Assembly (NCBI GenBank): GCA_964016885.1
Contig: OZ024762.1
Coordinates: 14,384,001 to 14,448,000 of the forward strand
Direction of reading: 5' to 3'
Origin: Eledone cirrhosa
Lineage: Eukaryota
Length of the DNA stretch: 64,000 nt
Shown: piece by piece, positions 1 to 15,702 of the stretch
How positions within the stretch are numbered: position 1 is the stretch's first letter
Layout of the letters: the number at the start of each line of letters is the position of its first letter
Program-made: the position numbers and the translations under genes
Notes under the pieces: model-generated
Databases searched by the model: none
Told to the model about the DNA's origin: nothing
Seen by the model: the letters and a program-made list of their open reading frames with translations, nothing else

Positions 1-145
1 CACACATGTGTATAATACAAACTTACTACTAGATATTGTGTGTACACAGCAGAGAATCTACTTTTTGTATGTAGAGACTCCTCTGTAACATCTAGAAGGC
101 TTATATTTACTACGCTTCTCTATAATAAAAAAAACCCATATATAC

Positions 146-1353
146 GGTTCTAGGACAGGATTCTTCACCATATGAGATGTCATCTGGTGTACCACAGGGA
201 TCTGTTCTTGGTCCTCTTTTGTTTGTGGCATATATTAATGACATAGATGCCAACTTACAGAATACCACGGTACTGAAATATGCAGATGACATCAAGCTGT
301 ACCTTGAAATCAAAAGGACTGATCCTGAAATTTACAACTCTTTCCTACAATCAGACCTGGACACAATGCAGCAATGGATCACAGACTGGCAACTGAAGCT
401 GGCTGTGGACAAGTGTACCACCATGCATTTTGGAAGGAAAAATCCCTCCACAACACTGATATCAAAAAGTCCTCTTGTGAACGTGACCTGGGCATTACTG
501 TCAGCAACGATTTGCGTTGGACAAAGCATGTCTCTAAGATTGTCAAGAAGGCCGAGTGTGTCTTGGCATCACTCAGCAAGACCTTTGTTAGCCGCTCTCC
601 AGCCATCTATTTAAAACTGTATACAGCTATGGTACGACCACACTTGGAATTCGCATCATCAGTCTGGAACCCCTATCTTGCTCAGAACATTGACCTCCTG
701 GAAACTGTTCAGAGACGTGCAACCAAGCGCATACCCTCCATCAGACACCTACCATACTCTGAACGCCTTGCTTCCCTGGGCATGGATTCATTGAAACTCC
801 GACGTCTGGCAATGGACTTGGTGAATACCCACAAAGTTTTTAACCATCTCGCCAATTGCAACCCTGAGCGCCTCTTTGATCTCCATGTGTCTAACACACG
901 TGGACATGCCTACAAGATCAGAAAACAGCACAGCTCCCATGACTTTCGTAGACATTTTTTCACGCTCAGAGTTGCTGAAGCATGGAACAAACTGCCTGCG
1001 TCAGTTGTTAGCTGCCGAGACACTGCATCCTTTAAGACACTCATGCTTCCCGAAATACGCCAAAACTACACCTGATGTACCCCTTCCATACACATGCGCA
1101 CATGTGTGTATCATGACTCGTGCACTGTTCATTTTACTGATGTTTGTGCATTGCCCTATGTACTGTACATGTGACTTTTTTGATGAGTTGTGGTGCACCT
1201 GGGCACTGTACACAATATTTCATTATTATTATATCATGACTCATACACTGTTCATTTTCCTGACATTTGTACATTATTCTATGTACTATACATGCACCTT
1301 TGATGAGTTGTAGTGCACCTGAGCACTGTACACAATAATTTCATTATTATTAT
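146..1353 (+). mobile_element. 5'-truncated CR1-clade LINE (RT C-terminal half and 3' UTR), frameshifted
   Basis: SGVPQGSVLGPLLF and YADD in ORF 177-614; ERDLGI, VRPHLEFASSVWNP, VQRRATK and FFTLRVAEAWNKLP in ORF 374-1075; duplicated 3' UTR motif and (TAT)n tail; TATAC at 141-145 and 1354-1358 as candidate TSD. Confidence 0.92.
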
Positions 1354-1406
1354 TATACTGTAATACCTTATCTAGAGGCATATAAGAAACTGTATTTCAC
1401 AGCTCT

Positions 1407-2894
1407 ATTTCATTTCATTTGAGTTTGAGTCCATGCTCAGGCCAAGTCGAAGACTCCACCCTCAGAGTCTGGTGTGGTTGGATTCTCTGTTTAATTTTGA
1501 CATGTGTAGGAGCGAGTTTGAGTCAGTTTGTGCTCGTTGTGTATATCCTGGGAGATGGGGTTCATTTCTAATGGTGCTTAAGTATCTATCCAGCTGCAAT
1601 TTGAATGATTCCACACTGCATCCTGATAGATTTCTGACATGTACCGGAATGGAGTTGAATAATTGTGCCCCTCGAACCAACAGACTTGACTCTCGCAGGG
1701 TTTTTGCTGGCCAGCCCTTTTGTTGATTGGTGGTAGCTGGCAGCGTCTTCCGTGGCACAGTGAGTGGTAGGTTTTGATACCAAAGTTTGGCACCGTTTGC
1801 TCTATCATTTTCCAAATGTATATAATTCGGTATCGCTCAAATCTTCTTTCTATTGAGTACATCTTCAAGGTTTTGAGTCTTTGCCAATAGTCCAGGTCCC
1901 TCGTTTCTGAGAAGTATGAGGTAAAATTTCTTTGGAGCGATTCCATCTTAGATAGTTGGCCCTTTGTTGTTGGTGACCACAACTGAGAACAGTAGTCAAT
2001 CCTCGGAAGTATCATACTGTTCCAGAGGGTTTTCATTGTTGAGGTATCTCTTGATTTGAAGGTGCGCAAGATCCACCCGCTGTACTTTCTTGCAGTAAGA
2101 CAGACTGAGTCAAGGTGTTCTCTGAATTTTAGGCTGGTTCCCATGTGGATGCCTAAATCTTTCACACACTGTTTTTCCATTATTTGTTGTCCTGATGGGT
2201 TTCTGTAGTTTGTTGTATTTTTCAGATCTTGATCTGTTCCGTAGCGAATTAGTTCAAACTTCTTATCATTGAACAACATGTTGTTTGTTTCCTGCCATTT
2301 GTATATGGTGGTTAGGTCCTTTTGTAAGGCCTCTGTGTCCACCTCGTCTTTGATTTGTCTCATGACCCTGGTGTCATCAGCAAAGGATGAGACGTTGCTG
2401 GTTGTATCTTCATCTATGTCAGAGATGAGGATGAGAAACAGGATCGGGCCAAGTACTGTACCCTGGGGAACACTGCTGGTCACAGGTGATGGTGTTGAAT
2501 GGGTTCCATTCACAGTGACTGTTTGAGTTCTATTTGTAAGGAACTCGTGTATCCATGTACCAACTTTTCCTCCTAGCTTTCGAAGTTTGTGTCCCAGAAT
2601 GCCATGATCTACCTTGGCAAAGTCGAGGTAAATAACATCTGTGTTGTATCCATTCTCTAGATTTTCCAGGATTTGGTCATGGTGTGCCAGTAGTTGGGAA
2701 AGACATGATCTACCTAACCTGAATCCATGCTGATTGCAATTCATCAGATTGTTGGATTCCAGGAACTCAACCAGTTTTCTACGAACCATTCTTTCGAAGA
2801 CCTTGATAATGTGTGATGTCAGTGAGATTGGTCGGTAGTTCTTTGGTTTTGATTTGCTGTCCCCTTTATGTATTGGAGTTATGTTTGCTTCTTT
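1407..2894 (-). mobile_element. 5'-truncated CR1-clade LINE ORF2 (RT), decayed, left-arm copy
   Basis: NYRPISLTS upstream, QHGFR, YLDFAK, VPQGTVLGPILF, FADD in ORF 1578-2789; (GAAAT)n tail. Confidence 0.92.
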
Positions 2895-3949
2895 ATATGT
2901 ATTTCGTATTTATACTCACTCTCCTAAGAAACTAAACTGTTCATGACAAAGAGGTTTAATTTTTGCCTCTAGAAAATTATTGGTGTTAGAGCTGTGTAAT
3001 CTGGATTGTTTTTATTAATACCTTCTGTTTCTTTCCAGGTATGTTGAAGATCTCCGCCAGCTCAACTGAGTGTGTAAATACACACAGTCGTCTCAAGAAA
3101 TAAAATAACTCCAACAACAAAATGTAGTTTATTTATTGATCTTTATTTCACATATAAGTAAGTATATTCTATAGAACATTGTTTTTTATTATATATATAC
3201 ACAGGTAGATCGTTTAACTTCCATTCATATTATATGTATTTAGATACTGTATATATATATAGGAATCAACAGCTGTGTATACACAGTACTCTTCTGTGTA
3301 TATAACTAGTGGATTGTTAAACTTCATAGTAAAACACATGCCTAGAGATAAAAAGGTATTAACATGCGAGAGAATTCAGTTTCTTATATACAGAGAGTAC
3401 GTTTTCTTTCTAGAGCAGAACAAGGTAGTATTAATGTAATTAGTGAGAAACATCCCTCTTGAAAGAAGTTATATATAGAATAGATTAATTAATGTCTATG
3501 TATATATGATACAGTAATCCCAGCAAGTTTATTTCTTTCTGTGTATATAGGTATTCTATATCTCTCTCATACTTACCAGTAAGTATATTAATAAAGAATT
3601 TCATATTATAAACGTTTATATATACAGTATTCTAGTAAGTTTATTTCCTTCTGTATATAGAATAAGTTCGTATTCTATATCTCTCCCAGTATGGATATAG
3701 GAATAGAAGTAGGAATTGAGTTCGAAACATCTTTCATGAAAGAAATGTATATATAATGCAGTATTCTAGTGAGGCCATTTCTTTCTGTATGTATGCATAT
3801 GCCTAGAGACAGAAGGGTGTTAATATGTATGGATTTTATAGAAGTAAGTGTATATATATATATATACACAGGGTTTTAAAGTAATAGTATCCTATAGAAT
3901 ACACATACTTATCTCTGTCTAGACAGAGATAAGTATAACTCCTTAGCTA

Positions 3950-6900
3950 TATTTATATACACACATACATGTATATCCATACATATGTATATATGTACAT
4001 ACATATGTATATATATATATACATACATATGTATGTATATATATACATATGTATGTATATATATATGTATATATACATATGTATGTATATATACATACGT
4101 ATGTATATATACATACGTATGTATATATATACATATGTATGTATATATGTACATATGTATGTATATATGTACATACGTATGTATATATACATACGTATGT
4201 ATTTATATATATACATATGTATGTATATATACGTATGTATATATACATACATATATATGCATACATACGTATGTATGCATACATACGTATGTATACATAC
4301 ACACGTATACATACATATGTATACATACATATGTATGTATATATACATATGTATGTATATATACATATGTATATATACTTATGTATGTATATATACGTAT
4401 GTATATATACATACATATGTATATATACATACGTATATATACATACATATGTATATATACATACGTATGTATACATACGTATGTATACATACATATGTAT
4501 ATATACATACGTATGTATATATACATACGTATGTATACATACGTATGTATATATATACACATATGTATGTATATATACATACGTATGTATATATACGTAT
4601 GTATACATACATATGTATATATACATACGAATGTATGTATACATACATATGTATATATACATACGTATGTCTATATACATATGTATATATACATATGTAT
4701 GTATACATACATATGTATATATACATATGTATATATACATATGTATGTATACATATGTATGTATACATATATACATACATATGTGTATATATACGTATAT
4801 ATACATACGTATATATACACATATGTATGTATATATGTACATACATATGTATGTATATATGTACATACGTATGTATATATACATACGTATGTATTTATAT
4901 ATATACATATGTATGTATATATACGTATGTATATATACATACATACATACACACGTATGTATATATACGTATGTATACATACATATATATACATACATAT
5001 GTATATATACATACATATGTATATATACATACATATGTATATATATATACATACGTATGTATATATACATACATATGTATATATATATACATACGTATGT
5101 ATATATACATACGTATGTATATATACATACGTATGTATATATACATACGTATGTATATATACATACGTATGTATGTATATATACATACATATGTATGTAT
5201 ATATACATACATATGTATATATACATATGTATGTATGTATATATACATACATATGTATATATACATACATATGTATATATACATATGTATGTATATATAC
5301 GTATGTATATATACATACATACGTATGTATACATACATACGTATGTATACATACACACGTATGTATATATACATACATATGTATACATACATATGTATGT
5401 ATATATACATACGTATGTATTTATATATATACATATGTATGTATATATACGTATGTATATATACATACATATATATACATACATACGTATGTATGCATAC
5501 ATACACACGTATACATACATATGTATGTATATATACATATGTATGTATATATACATACATACGTATGTATATATACATACGTATGTATATATACATACGT
5601 ATGTATATATACATACGTATGTATATATACATACATATGTATGTATATATACATATGTATATATACTTATGTATGTATATATACATACATATGTATATAT
5701 ACATACGTATATATACATACATATGTATATATACATACGTATATATACATACGTATGTATATATACATACGTATGTATACATACATATGTATATATACAT
5801 ACGTATGTATATATACATACGTATGTATACATATACACATATGTATGTATATATACGTATGTATACATACATATGTATATATACATACGAATGTATACAT
5901 ACATATGTATATATACATACGTATGTCTATATACATATGTATATATACATATGTATGTATACATACATATGTATATATACATATGTATGTATACATATGT
6001 ATGTATACATATATACATACATATGTGTATATATACGTATATATACATATGTATGTATACATACGTATATATACACATATGTATGTATATATGTACATAC
6101 ATATGTATGTATATATGTACATACGTATGTATATATACATACGTATGTATTTATATATATACATATGTATGTATATATACGTATGTATATATACATACAT
6201 ACATACACACGTATGTATATATACGTATGTATACATACATATGTATATATATATACATACGTATGTATATATACATACATATGTATATATATATACATAC
6301 GTATGTATATATACATACGTATGTATATATACATACATATGTATGTATATATACATACGTATGTATGTATATATACATATGTATGTATATATACATATGT
6401 ATGTATATATACATACATATGTATGTATATATACATACATATGTATATATACATATGTATGTATATATACGTATGTATATATACATACATATGTATATAT
6501 ACATACATATGTATATATACATATGTATGTATATATACATACATACGTATGTATACATACATACGTATGTATACATACATACGTATGTATACATACACAC
6601 GTATGTATGTATACATACATATGTATGTATATATACATACATATGTATGTATATATACATACGTATGTATACATACATATGTATATATATACACATGCAT
6701 ATGTATGTATATATACATATGTATGTATATATACATACGTATGTATATATACATACATATGTATATATACATACGAATGTATGTATACATACATATGTAT
6801 ATATACATACGTATGTCTATATACATATGTATATATACACATATGTATGTATATATGTACATACATATGTACATACGTATGTATATATACATACGTATGT

Positions 6901-9900
6901 ATTTATATATATACATATGTATGTATATATACATACACACGTATGTATATATACGTATGTATACATACATATATATGTATATATACATACATATGTATAT
7001 ATACATACATATGTATATATATATACATACGTATGTATATATACATACGTATGTATATATACATACGTATGTATATATATATACGTATGTATGTATACAT
7101 ACGTATGTATATATACATACATATGTACGTATATATACATACGTATGTATATATGTATATATACGTATGTATATATACATACATACGTATGTATACATAC
7201 ATACGTATGTATACATACACACGTATGTATATATACATACATATGTATACATACATATGTATGTATGTATATATACATACATATGTATGTATATATACAT
7301 ACATATGTATATATACATATGTATGTATATATACGTATGTATATATACATACATATGTATATATACATACATATGTATATATACATATGTATGTATATAT
7401 ACGTATGTATGTATATATACGTATGTATATATACATACATACGTATGTATACATACATACGTATGTATACATACACACGTATGTATATATACATACATAT
7501 GTATACATACATATGTATGTATATATACATACGTATGTATTTATATATATACATATGTATGTATATATACGTATGTATATATACATACATATATATACAT
7601 ACATACGTATGTATGCATACACACGTATACATACATATGTATACATACATATGTATGTATATATACATATGTATGTATGTATATATACATACGTATGTAT
7701 ATATACATACGTATGTATATATACATACATATGTATGTATATATACATATGTATATATACTTATGTATGTATATATACGTATGTATATATACATACGTAT
7801 GTATATATACATACGTATATATACATACGTATGTATATATACATACGTATGTATACATACATATGTATATATACATACGTATGTATATATACATACGTAT
7901 GTATACATATACACATATGTATGTATATATACATACGTATGTATATATACGTATGTATACATACATATGTATATATACATACGAATGTATACATACATAT
8001 GTATATATACATACGTATGTCTATATACATATGTATATATACATATGTATGTATACATACATATGTATATATACATATGTATGTATACATATGTATGTAT
8101 ACATATATACATACATATGTGTATATATACGTATATATACATATGTATGTATACATACGTATATATACACATATGTATGTATATATGTACATACATATGT
8201 ATGTATATATGTACATACGTATGTATATATACATACGTATGTATTTATATATATACATATGTATGTATATATACGTATGTATATATACATACATACATAC
8301 ACACGTATGTATATATACGTATGTATACATACATATATATACATACATATGTATATATACATACATATGTATATATATATACATACGTATGTATATATAC
8401 ATACATATGTATATATACATATGTATGTATATATACATACATACGTATGTATACATACATACGTATGTATACATACATACGTATGTATACATACATACGT
8501 ATGTATACATACATATGTATGTATATATACATACATATGTATGTATATATACATACGTATGTATACATACATATGTATATATATACACATGCATATGTAT
8601 GTATATATACATATGTATGTATATATACATACGTATGTATGTATACATACATATGTATATATACATACGAATGTATGTATACATACATATGTATATATAC
8701 ATACGTATGTCTATATACATATGTATATATACACATATGTATGTATATATGTACATACATATGTACATACGTATGTATATATACATACGTATGTATTTAT
8801 ATATATACATATGTATGTATATATACATACACACGTATGTATATATACGTATGTATATATACGTATGTATACATACATATATATGTATATATACATACAT
8901 ATGTATATATATATACATACGTATGTATATATACATACGTATGTATATATACATACGTATGTATATATATATACGTATGTATGTATACATATGTATGTAT
9001 ATATACGTATGTATATATACATACATACACACGTATGTATATATACATACATATGTATGTATATATACATATGTATGTATATATACATACATATGTATGT
9101 ATATATACATATGTATGTATATATACATACATATGTATATATATATACATACGTATGTATATATACATACGTATGTATATATACATACATATGTATGTAT
9201 ATATACATATGTATGTATATATACATATGTATATATACATATGTATATATACGTATGTATATATATATACATACGTATGTATATATACATACGTATGTAT
9301 ACATACATATGTATATATACATACGTATGTATACATACATATGTATATATATACACATGCATATGTATGTATATATACATACGTATGTATACATACGTAT
9401 ATATACACATATGTATGTATATATGTACATACATATGTATGTATATATGTACATACGTATGTATATATACATATGTATGTATATATACATACATACACAC
9501 GTATGTATATATACATACGTATGTATGTATACATACATACGTATGTATACATGCATATGTATGTATATATACATACGTATGTATATGTACATACGTATGT
9601 ATATATACATACGTATGTATGTATACATACGTATGTATATATACATACATATGTATATATACATATGTACGTATGTATACATATATATATACATACATAC
9701 GTATGTATATATACATACGTATGTATACATACATATGTATATATATACACATGTGTATATATACACATATGTATGTATATATACATATGTATGTATATAT
9801 ACATACGTATGTATATGTACATACATATGTATATATACGTATGTATACATACATATGTATATATACATACGAATGTATGTATACATATGTATACATACGT

Positions 9901-11161
9901 ATATATACATACGTATGTATATATACATACATATGCATATATACATACATATGCATGTATATATATACATATGTATATATACATACGTATGTATATATAC
10001 ATACATATATATACATACATACATATGTATATATACATACGTATATATATACATACGAATGTATGTATACATATGTATATATACATACACATGTATGTGT
10101 ACATACATATGTATTTATACGTATGTATGTATATATACATACATATGTATATATACATACGTACGTATATACATACATATGTATGTATATATACATATGT
10201 ATGTGAAGATATACATACATATGCATGTATATATACATACGTATGTGTGTATGTATATATACATATGTATGTATACATACGTATGTATGTAGATATATAC
10301 ATACGTATGTATACATACATATGTATATATATACATACAAATGTATGTATATATATACATACATACGTATGTATATATATACATACGTATGTATATATAT
10401 ACATACGTATGTATATATACATACGTATGTATATATATACATACGTATGTATATATATACATATGTATGTATATATATATACATACATATGTATGTATAC
10501 ATACATATGTATATATACATGCGTATGTATATATATACATACGTATGTATATATACATACATGTATATATATACATATGTATACATACGTATATGTATGT
10601 ATATATACACATGTATTTATGTATATATACATACACATGTATGTATACATACATACGTATATATACATACACACGTATGTATGTATATATACATATGTAT
10701 GTATACATACATCCTTATGTATATATATATACAAACATATACTTACGTATATATATACACGTATGTATATATACATACATATGTATGTATGTATACATAC
10801 ATCTGTATATATACATACGTATATATATACATACGTATGTATACAAACATATGTATACATACATACATATGTATACATACATACGTATATATACATATGT
10901 ATACATACATATGTATATATACATACGTATGTATGTATGTTTATGTATACATACATATGTATATATACATACGTATGTATATATACATATGTATACATAC
11001 ATATGTATATATATACATACATATGTATATATACACATACATATGTATGTATATATACGTATGTATGTATATATTTATACATACACACACATATGTATAC
11101 ATACATACATATGTATATATACACATACGTATGTATACATACATATGTATATATATACATG
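3950..11161. repeat. ~7.2-kb compound (TA/CA/TG) microsatellite with higher-order structure
   Basis: Almost pure purine-pyrimidine alternation built from words such as CATACGTATG and TACATATGTA. Confidence 0.98.
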
Positions 11162-12859
11162 TTTAACTCCTTAACTATATTTATATAATACAGTCGTCTA
11201 GAGATATAAGGGTATTAATGTATGTAGGTTTATATCTATATACCTGTGTAGTGTAACTTCTAAATCTACAATGAAGATATGCTTTATATACACGAAAGTG
11301 TTTATATGGTGAGTATGCCTGTCTAGAGGAGAACAGGGTAACTGTGTACATATGGTTCTACATACTGTACTCTATTGAACACAACTTCTATATATAATGG
11401 GGGTACATTATAGACATGAAGGAAGCTATGTGTGTATGTATAGAACATTAGGTTTCTTTGTATTTATACAGTTAGCTCTCTTGCTTCTTAGGAAGCCTGT
11501 ACACGTTCTACAGTGAGATGCTTATACACAACTAGAAGAACAATAGTAGTAGTTTCCTAAGAGACGTATGTGTAGTATCTAGCGAGGATGTATTGATATG
11601 TATGTACAGATCACAACCTCTTATCTTATATATGTATGATGTTCACTTCCAGGTTTCTACATACACGTGTATAGTATAAGGAGACACACACAATGTGGGT
11701 TTAGATATATTCTATATAATACAGTTACTTATATACAGAAGTGTCTACATAGATGGAGATGGCTTGTTTATCTAGGTAATAACATTTCTCCTGTATAGAG
11801 GGGATTTATTTTTATAATATGAAACTAGTTAATAGTGACGAAAGGTTTTTGTCTTCCTACAGTGGAAGAGGTGTATATAGTTATATGTCTAGTGTGTGTG
11901 TGTACATACAGGGAATAAATAATAAAGCAACAAAGAAAAAGACTGGTTTATTCTTTTATTTCACAATTTATTTACCTTTCTTCTTGAAATAGGGATGTAG
12001 TTGTCTCCAGGTCTGGTGCTTCTTTCTTAGGAATAAAAAATAGGTTAGTTGTGTATATATAAAGGTTTAGTTTTGTATCTACTGACGAACGTTTATATAT
12101 GGATGATGTAGCTATCATGATGCTAGAAGTAAGGAGTTTTACGGCAGAGGAATGGAGCTACCATGCTTCGTTAGATATAAAATATAGCTGTATGGTTTAG
12201 CTTCTATATACATATGTTTAGTTTCGTGTCTATTATTCCAGTATAAACAAGATTGTATATTGCGCCTCATGAGTATCTGTTGAGATAAAAGGGAGACCGT
12301 TTATATATGAATATAGCTTCATGTGTACGTATGTCCCTAAGATTCTTCCTCTACATGGTGAATATTTAGAATAAATATGCCTGAAGTGTTTATGTATTTA
12401 CGTGAAAAAGTGTCTTCTTGTATATAGAATATCTGTCAGTGTGTATTCAGATATAAACGATGGTATAAGGTTTATATACAGAAGATAATAAAACGTGTAT
12501 AGAGAGGAAGCTTGGTTATATTTCCTTACAAGTATGTATCGAGAGAGGATTTAGTTGTCTCATAATAAAGTAAAGTAACATGTTGGAAGAGGTAGCTGTG
12601 TGTGTATACAGATCATGTTTAGTTTTGTTTCATAATAAAGGAGGGTAACATGTATGTTTAGTTAGAAGAGGTAGCTGCGTATATATTTAGTTATGATTCT
12701 CAAAATATATACGTTTAAATAGGAAGAGTGTTTGTATATATAAATGTAGCTAGATGTGAGTGTTTAGAATAAATTTAAAAGACATTACAACAAGTTATGT
12801 ATATTTCTAACGACAGGCGGTTTCTTTGAGATGATAGTGAAGTGTACTTTTGTGTCTCA

Positions 12860-13545
12860 ATAATATCTGTGAGTGTGTATATACGGCAAATAAGACTTTA
12901 CATACCTCTTGACACGAACGTAATATCCAAATATCAGTAATAGTCCCAGAGTAAATAGAATGATGTTACCGCTTCAATACACTGAAAATAAATGTCAACA
13001 AAGGAAGAAGAGTTCCACAAACCGGAAGTAGTTCAATCACAACAAAGGGCAAATAATTCAAATCAAAGGGAGATAACTCTCGTCAAATTTTTTAGCAAAA
13101 ACTCATGCGAGGGGGAGAGCAGGCCAGCATAAAGCCAGCCTGCAACGGTCCCGGCCGACCCCCGCAACGATTCGAACTTCAGACACGATCGAGTGGTCAG
13201 CCATACCGAAGTACGACATCGAAGCCAGAAACGCTACGTGCAGTGCCACGCACAAGCCGCAATTCTACAGAGTCAAATAGTCATACTTATAGCTAAAGTT
13301 TTCTTTCTTTTTAAAAAAAAAAAAGAAAGCGAGATAACACGACATATTCCGAGTGTTATCTAGCTTTCTTTCCGTTTCTCTCTATATATAATTATAACAT
13401 GATATATAGCCATTAAGGAACTGCTAGTATTTTGTACATATATAACGGGATATGTAGAAATAGGGAGTCAAAAGTTTGACCATTTTCGCCAAATTCTACG
13501 TAAATAAGCCTCGGATTTTTGCCTACTTCTCAGACATAAGATAGG
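12860..13545. repeat. GC-rich repeated module, type A, with downstream hairpin (copy 1)
   Basis: Near-identical to ~33590-34300 (inverted) and ~44330-45033 (direct). Confidence 0.85.
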
Positions 13546-13589
13546 GAGGAGGGTCACCTTATATTCGAGTACATCTATTCTTGTTAGAC

Positions 13590-13732
13590 TAGACCGGTAT
13601 CATCATGGGTAGAGCCTACCAGGTGCTACTGCGTTGAACGAGACTAAGGCTGTGATGGTCCTCAGGGCACTGCTGTCAATTGTCTTTGTGAAGGGCCACG
13701 TTTCTGCTCCAAAGAGGAGAAGACTGATGCAT
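13590..13732 (-). mobile_element. RTE-like LINE fragment; mirror copy at 33360-33545 (+)
   Basis: Translates to LLFGAETWP, the conserved post-RT motif; this copy lacks ~40 bp present in the mirror. Confidence 0.55.
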
Positions 13733-14491
13733 CTTTTCAGAACAATTAATATGTAGGTAACATAGCCTTAGAGAGATCTGTATTTGTAATAGTTAGTATC
13801 GATTTGGGGAATCTTAAGACCATGATTCCAATCATCAATATATGTATTGATTAAACCTAAATATAGTATATAAAGAAGTGGATCTTAAAATATGCAATGA
13901 TAGTGTCGAGAGAAGGCTTAGTTAGTTACTTCTAACAATGTACCACTATGAATAAGACAGAAGGCGGTGTATGTAGATAGAATGTTTACTTTTCCTGAGT
14001 ATGAAGGGGTTTTAGTTATTATTCTTAGTAAAAAGACGGTTATATTATACATATACGTCTCTAACATTCCTCCTGTATATAAAGGGTAGTAAAATATATT
14101 CTTGTGTCTCAGGAATAACTACGTGCTTATCGATGAATTTAAGGGACAACTAAAACATTACATACCTCTTTAGAAGAATGAAGGTGTATATATAAATGTA
14201 GGTTTATATGTGTATATATATCTAGATAGGAAACGTTTCTTCCAGTGTATGGATTAGAGAGGTGAATGCATACACTAAAGAATGTTAATATATATATCTA
14301 AGACTGTATTTTCGAGTGTTTAGCAATAAATTAAAATATACATGGCAAATAAAGCGTTCGTATAGGTAAATTAGAGGGTATTTTACCTCAGCTAAAGAAC
14401 ATTTATATATATAAATCTAGTTTTGTGTGTGTATTTAGGTTTAAATAAAACAATATGTACGTCTCTAAAATCTTTCTGTATATAGAATAAT

Positions 14492-14575
14492 TGTTTCTAC
14501 TTTTGACACAAGGCCAGCAATTATCCAGTGTATAACTGGTACTTTATTTTATCGACCCCATAAGGATGAAAGGCA
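14492..14575 (-). mobile_element. SINE fragment with Meta-domain-like core; mirror at ~32517-32600 (+)
   Basis: GCCTTTCATCCTTATGGGGTCGATAAAATAAAGTACCAG resembles the MetaSINE central domain (recalled, not searched). Confidence 0.6.
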
Positions 14576-14589
14576 TATAGAATAATGTA

Positions 14590-15020
14590 TGTCTGTGAGT
14601 GTATATACGGCAAATAAAACATTACATACCTCTCACCATTAGTATAATATCCAGACTGATTCTATCAAATTACACGAGTAAATCCAAACAATGTTAACAG
14701 TTCAATTCAAAAAAGAAAAATGACAACAAACGAGAAGAGTTCCAATCAGGGGCAAGTAATTCAAACGAAGGGGGATAACTCTCAGCGAATTTTTTAGTAA
14801 AACTCAATGCGTGGTGGGGACGCAAGCCAGCGATTCGATCTTCAGACAGATAGAATGGCCATGCCATACCGAACTACGACAGCGAAGCCCGAAACGTTAC
14901 GTGCAGCGTCACGCAAGAGCACAATTCTACTAAGTAAATTAGTCATACTTATAGGTAGAATTTTATTTATTTAAATAAAATATATATAGAAACGGAATGA
15001 AGACGAGATAACTGAGGGCG
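14590..15020. repeat. Diverged paralogue (type B) of the GC-rich module; mirror at ~32050-32500
   Basis: Shares TGTGAGTG..TATACGGCAAATAA, CATACCTC, GAAGAGTTCCA, GGGGATAACTCTC, CCATACCGAA.TACGACAGCGAAGCC and AGTCATACTTATAG with type A. Confidence 0.8.
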
Positions 15021-15702
15021 TGGAGAAATATCTCTTTCTGAATATATTTCGTATGGTGAGAGTTGAGATCTCTACCGAATGATTATCAATATTATACTTC
15101 GTCTCCGAAATATTTTCAGAAAGAAATTACTTTTTCACGACCGTGTTACCTCACTTCCATCCCGTGTCTATATGTAACAAGTTTAAACTACTAGTATTTA
15201 ATACATATATATACAGAACAATAAGTATATTTACTTCAAGATAGTAATGTTTATGTTAATACAGAAAATAAAAAATGCAAACCATCGATCTTAGTAATTA
15301 GTATCAATCACTAATTATCTATTTTGGTAATAAGCATCTTAAGACCATGATTTCCTTCATCGATATGTGATTAGACCAAAATTTAGTATAATATATAAAG
15401 ACTGTTCTCAGCTTATGACCAGTTTGCTTGGTGTTAAGACTCTCCCTGGATAGTACGCTGGTCTACCACAGGACTAACTCCTCAGCTGTGAGTACTGGAG
15501 AAATGTGATGAATGCAGAACTTCCAAACTGTGAGAGTTACATGTATGCATGGACCTGCAACTCCTAAGGGAGTCATACAGGCCACACATTGACATACAGT
15601 ATTTCTAGGGCCCTTTTTAAAACCTGGCAGACCCATCTCCTCTCCAGGTCAGAATACAGCAGATTTCTTCCAGAGAAACAGAAGAATCAACCTCAATACT
15701 AG

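Noticed and set aside
3943-11188. Very long ORFs (up to 2379 aa) of Y/I/H/T/M/C/V here and in all other TA-rich blocks
   Set aside because: Strict purine-pyrimidine alternation cannot form TAA, TAG or TGA, so all frames stay open; no domain content.
13105-13296. 63-aa ORF present in three copies
   Set aside because: Identity reflects recent DNA duplication; the type B paralogue does not preserve the frame and no domain is recognisable.
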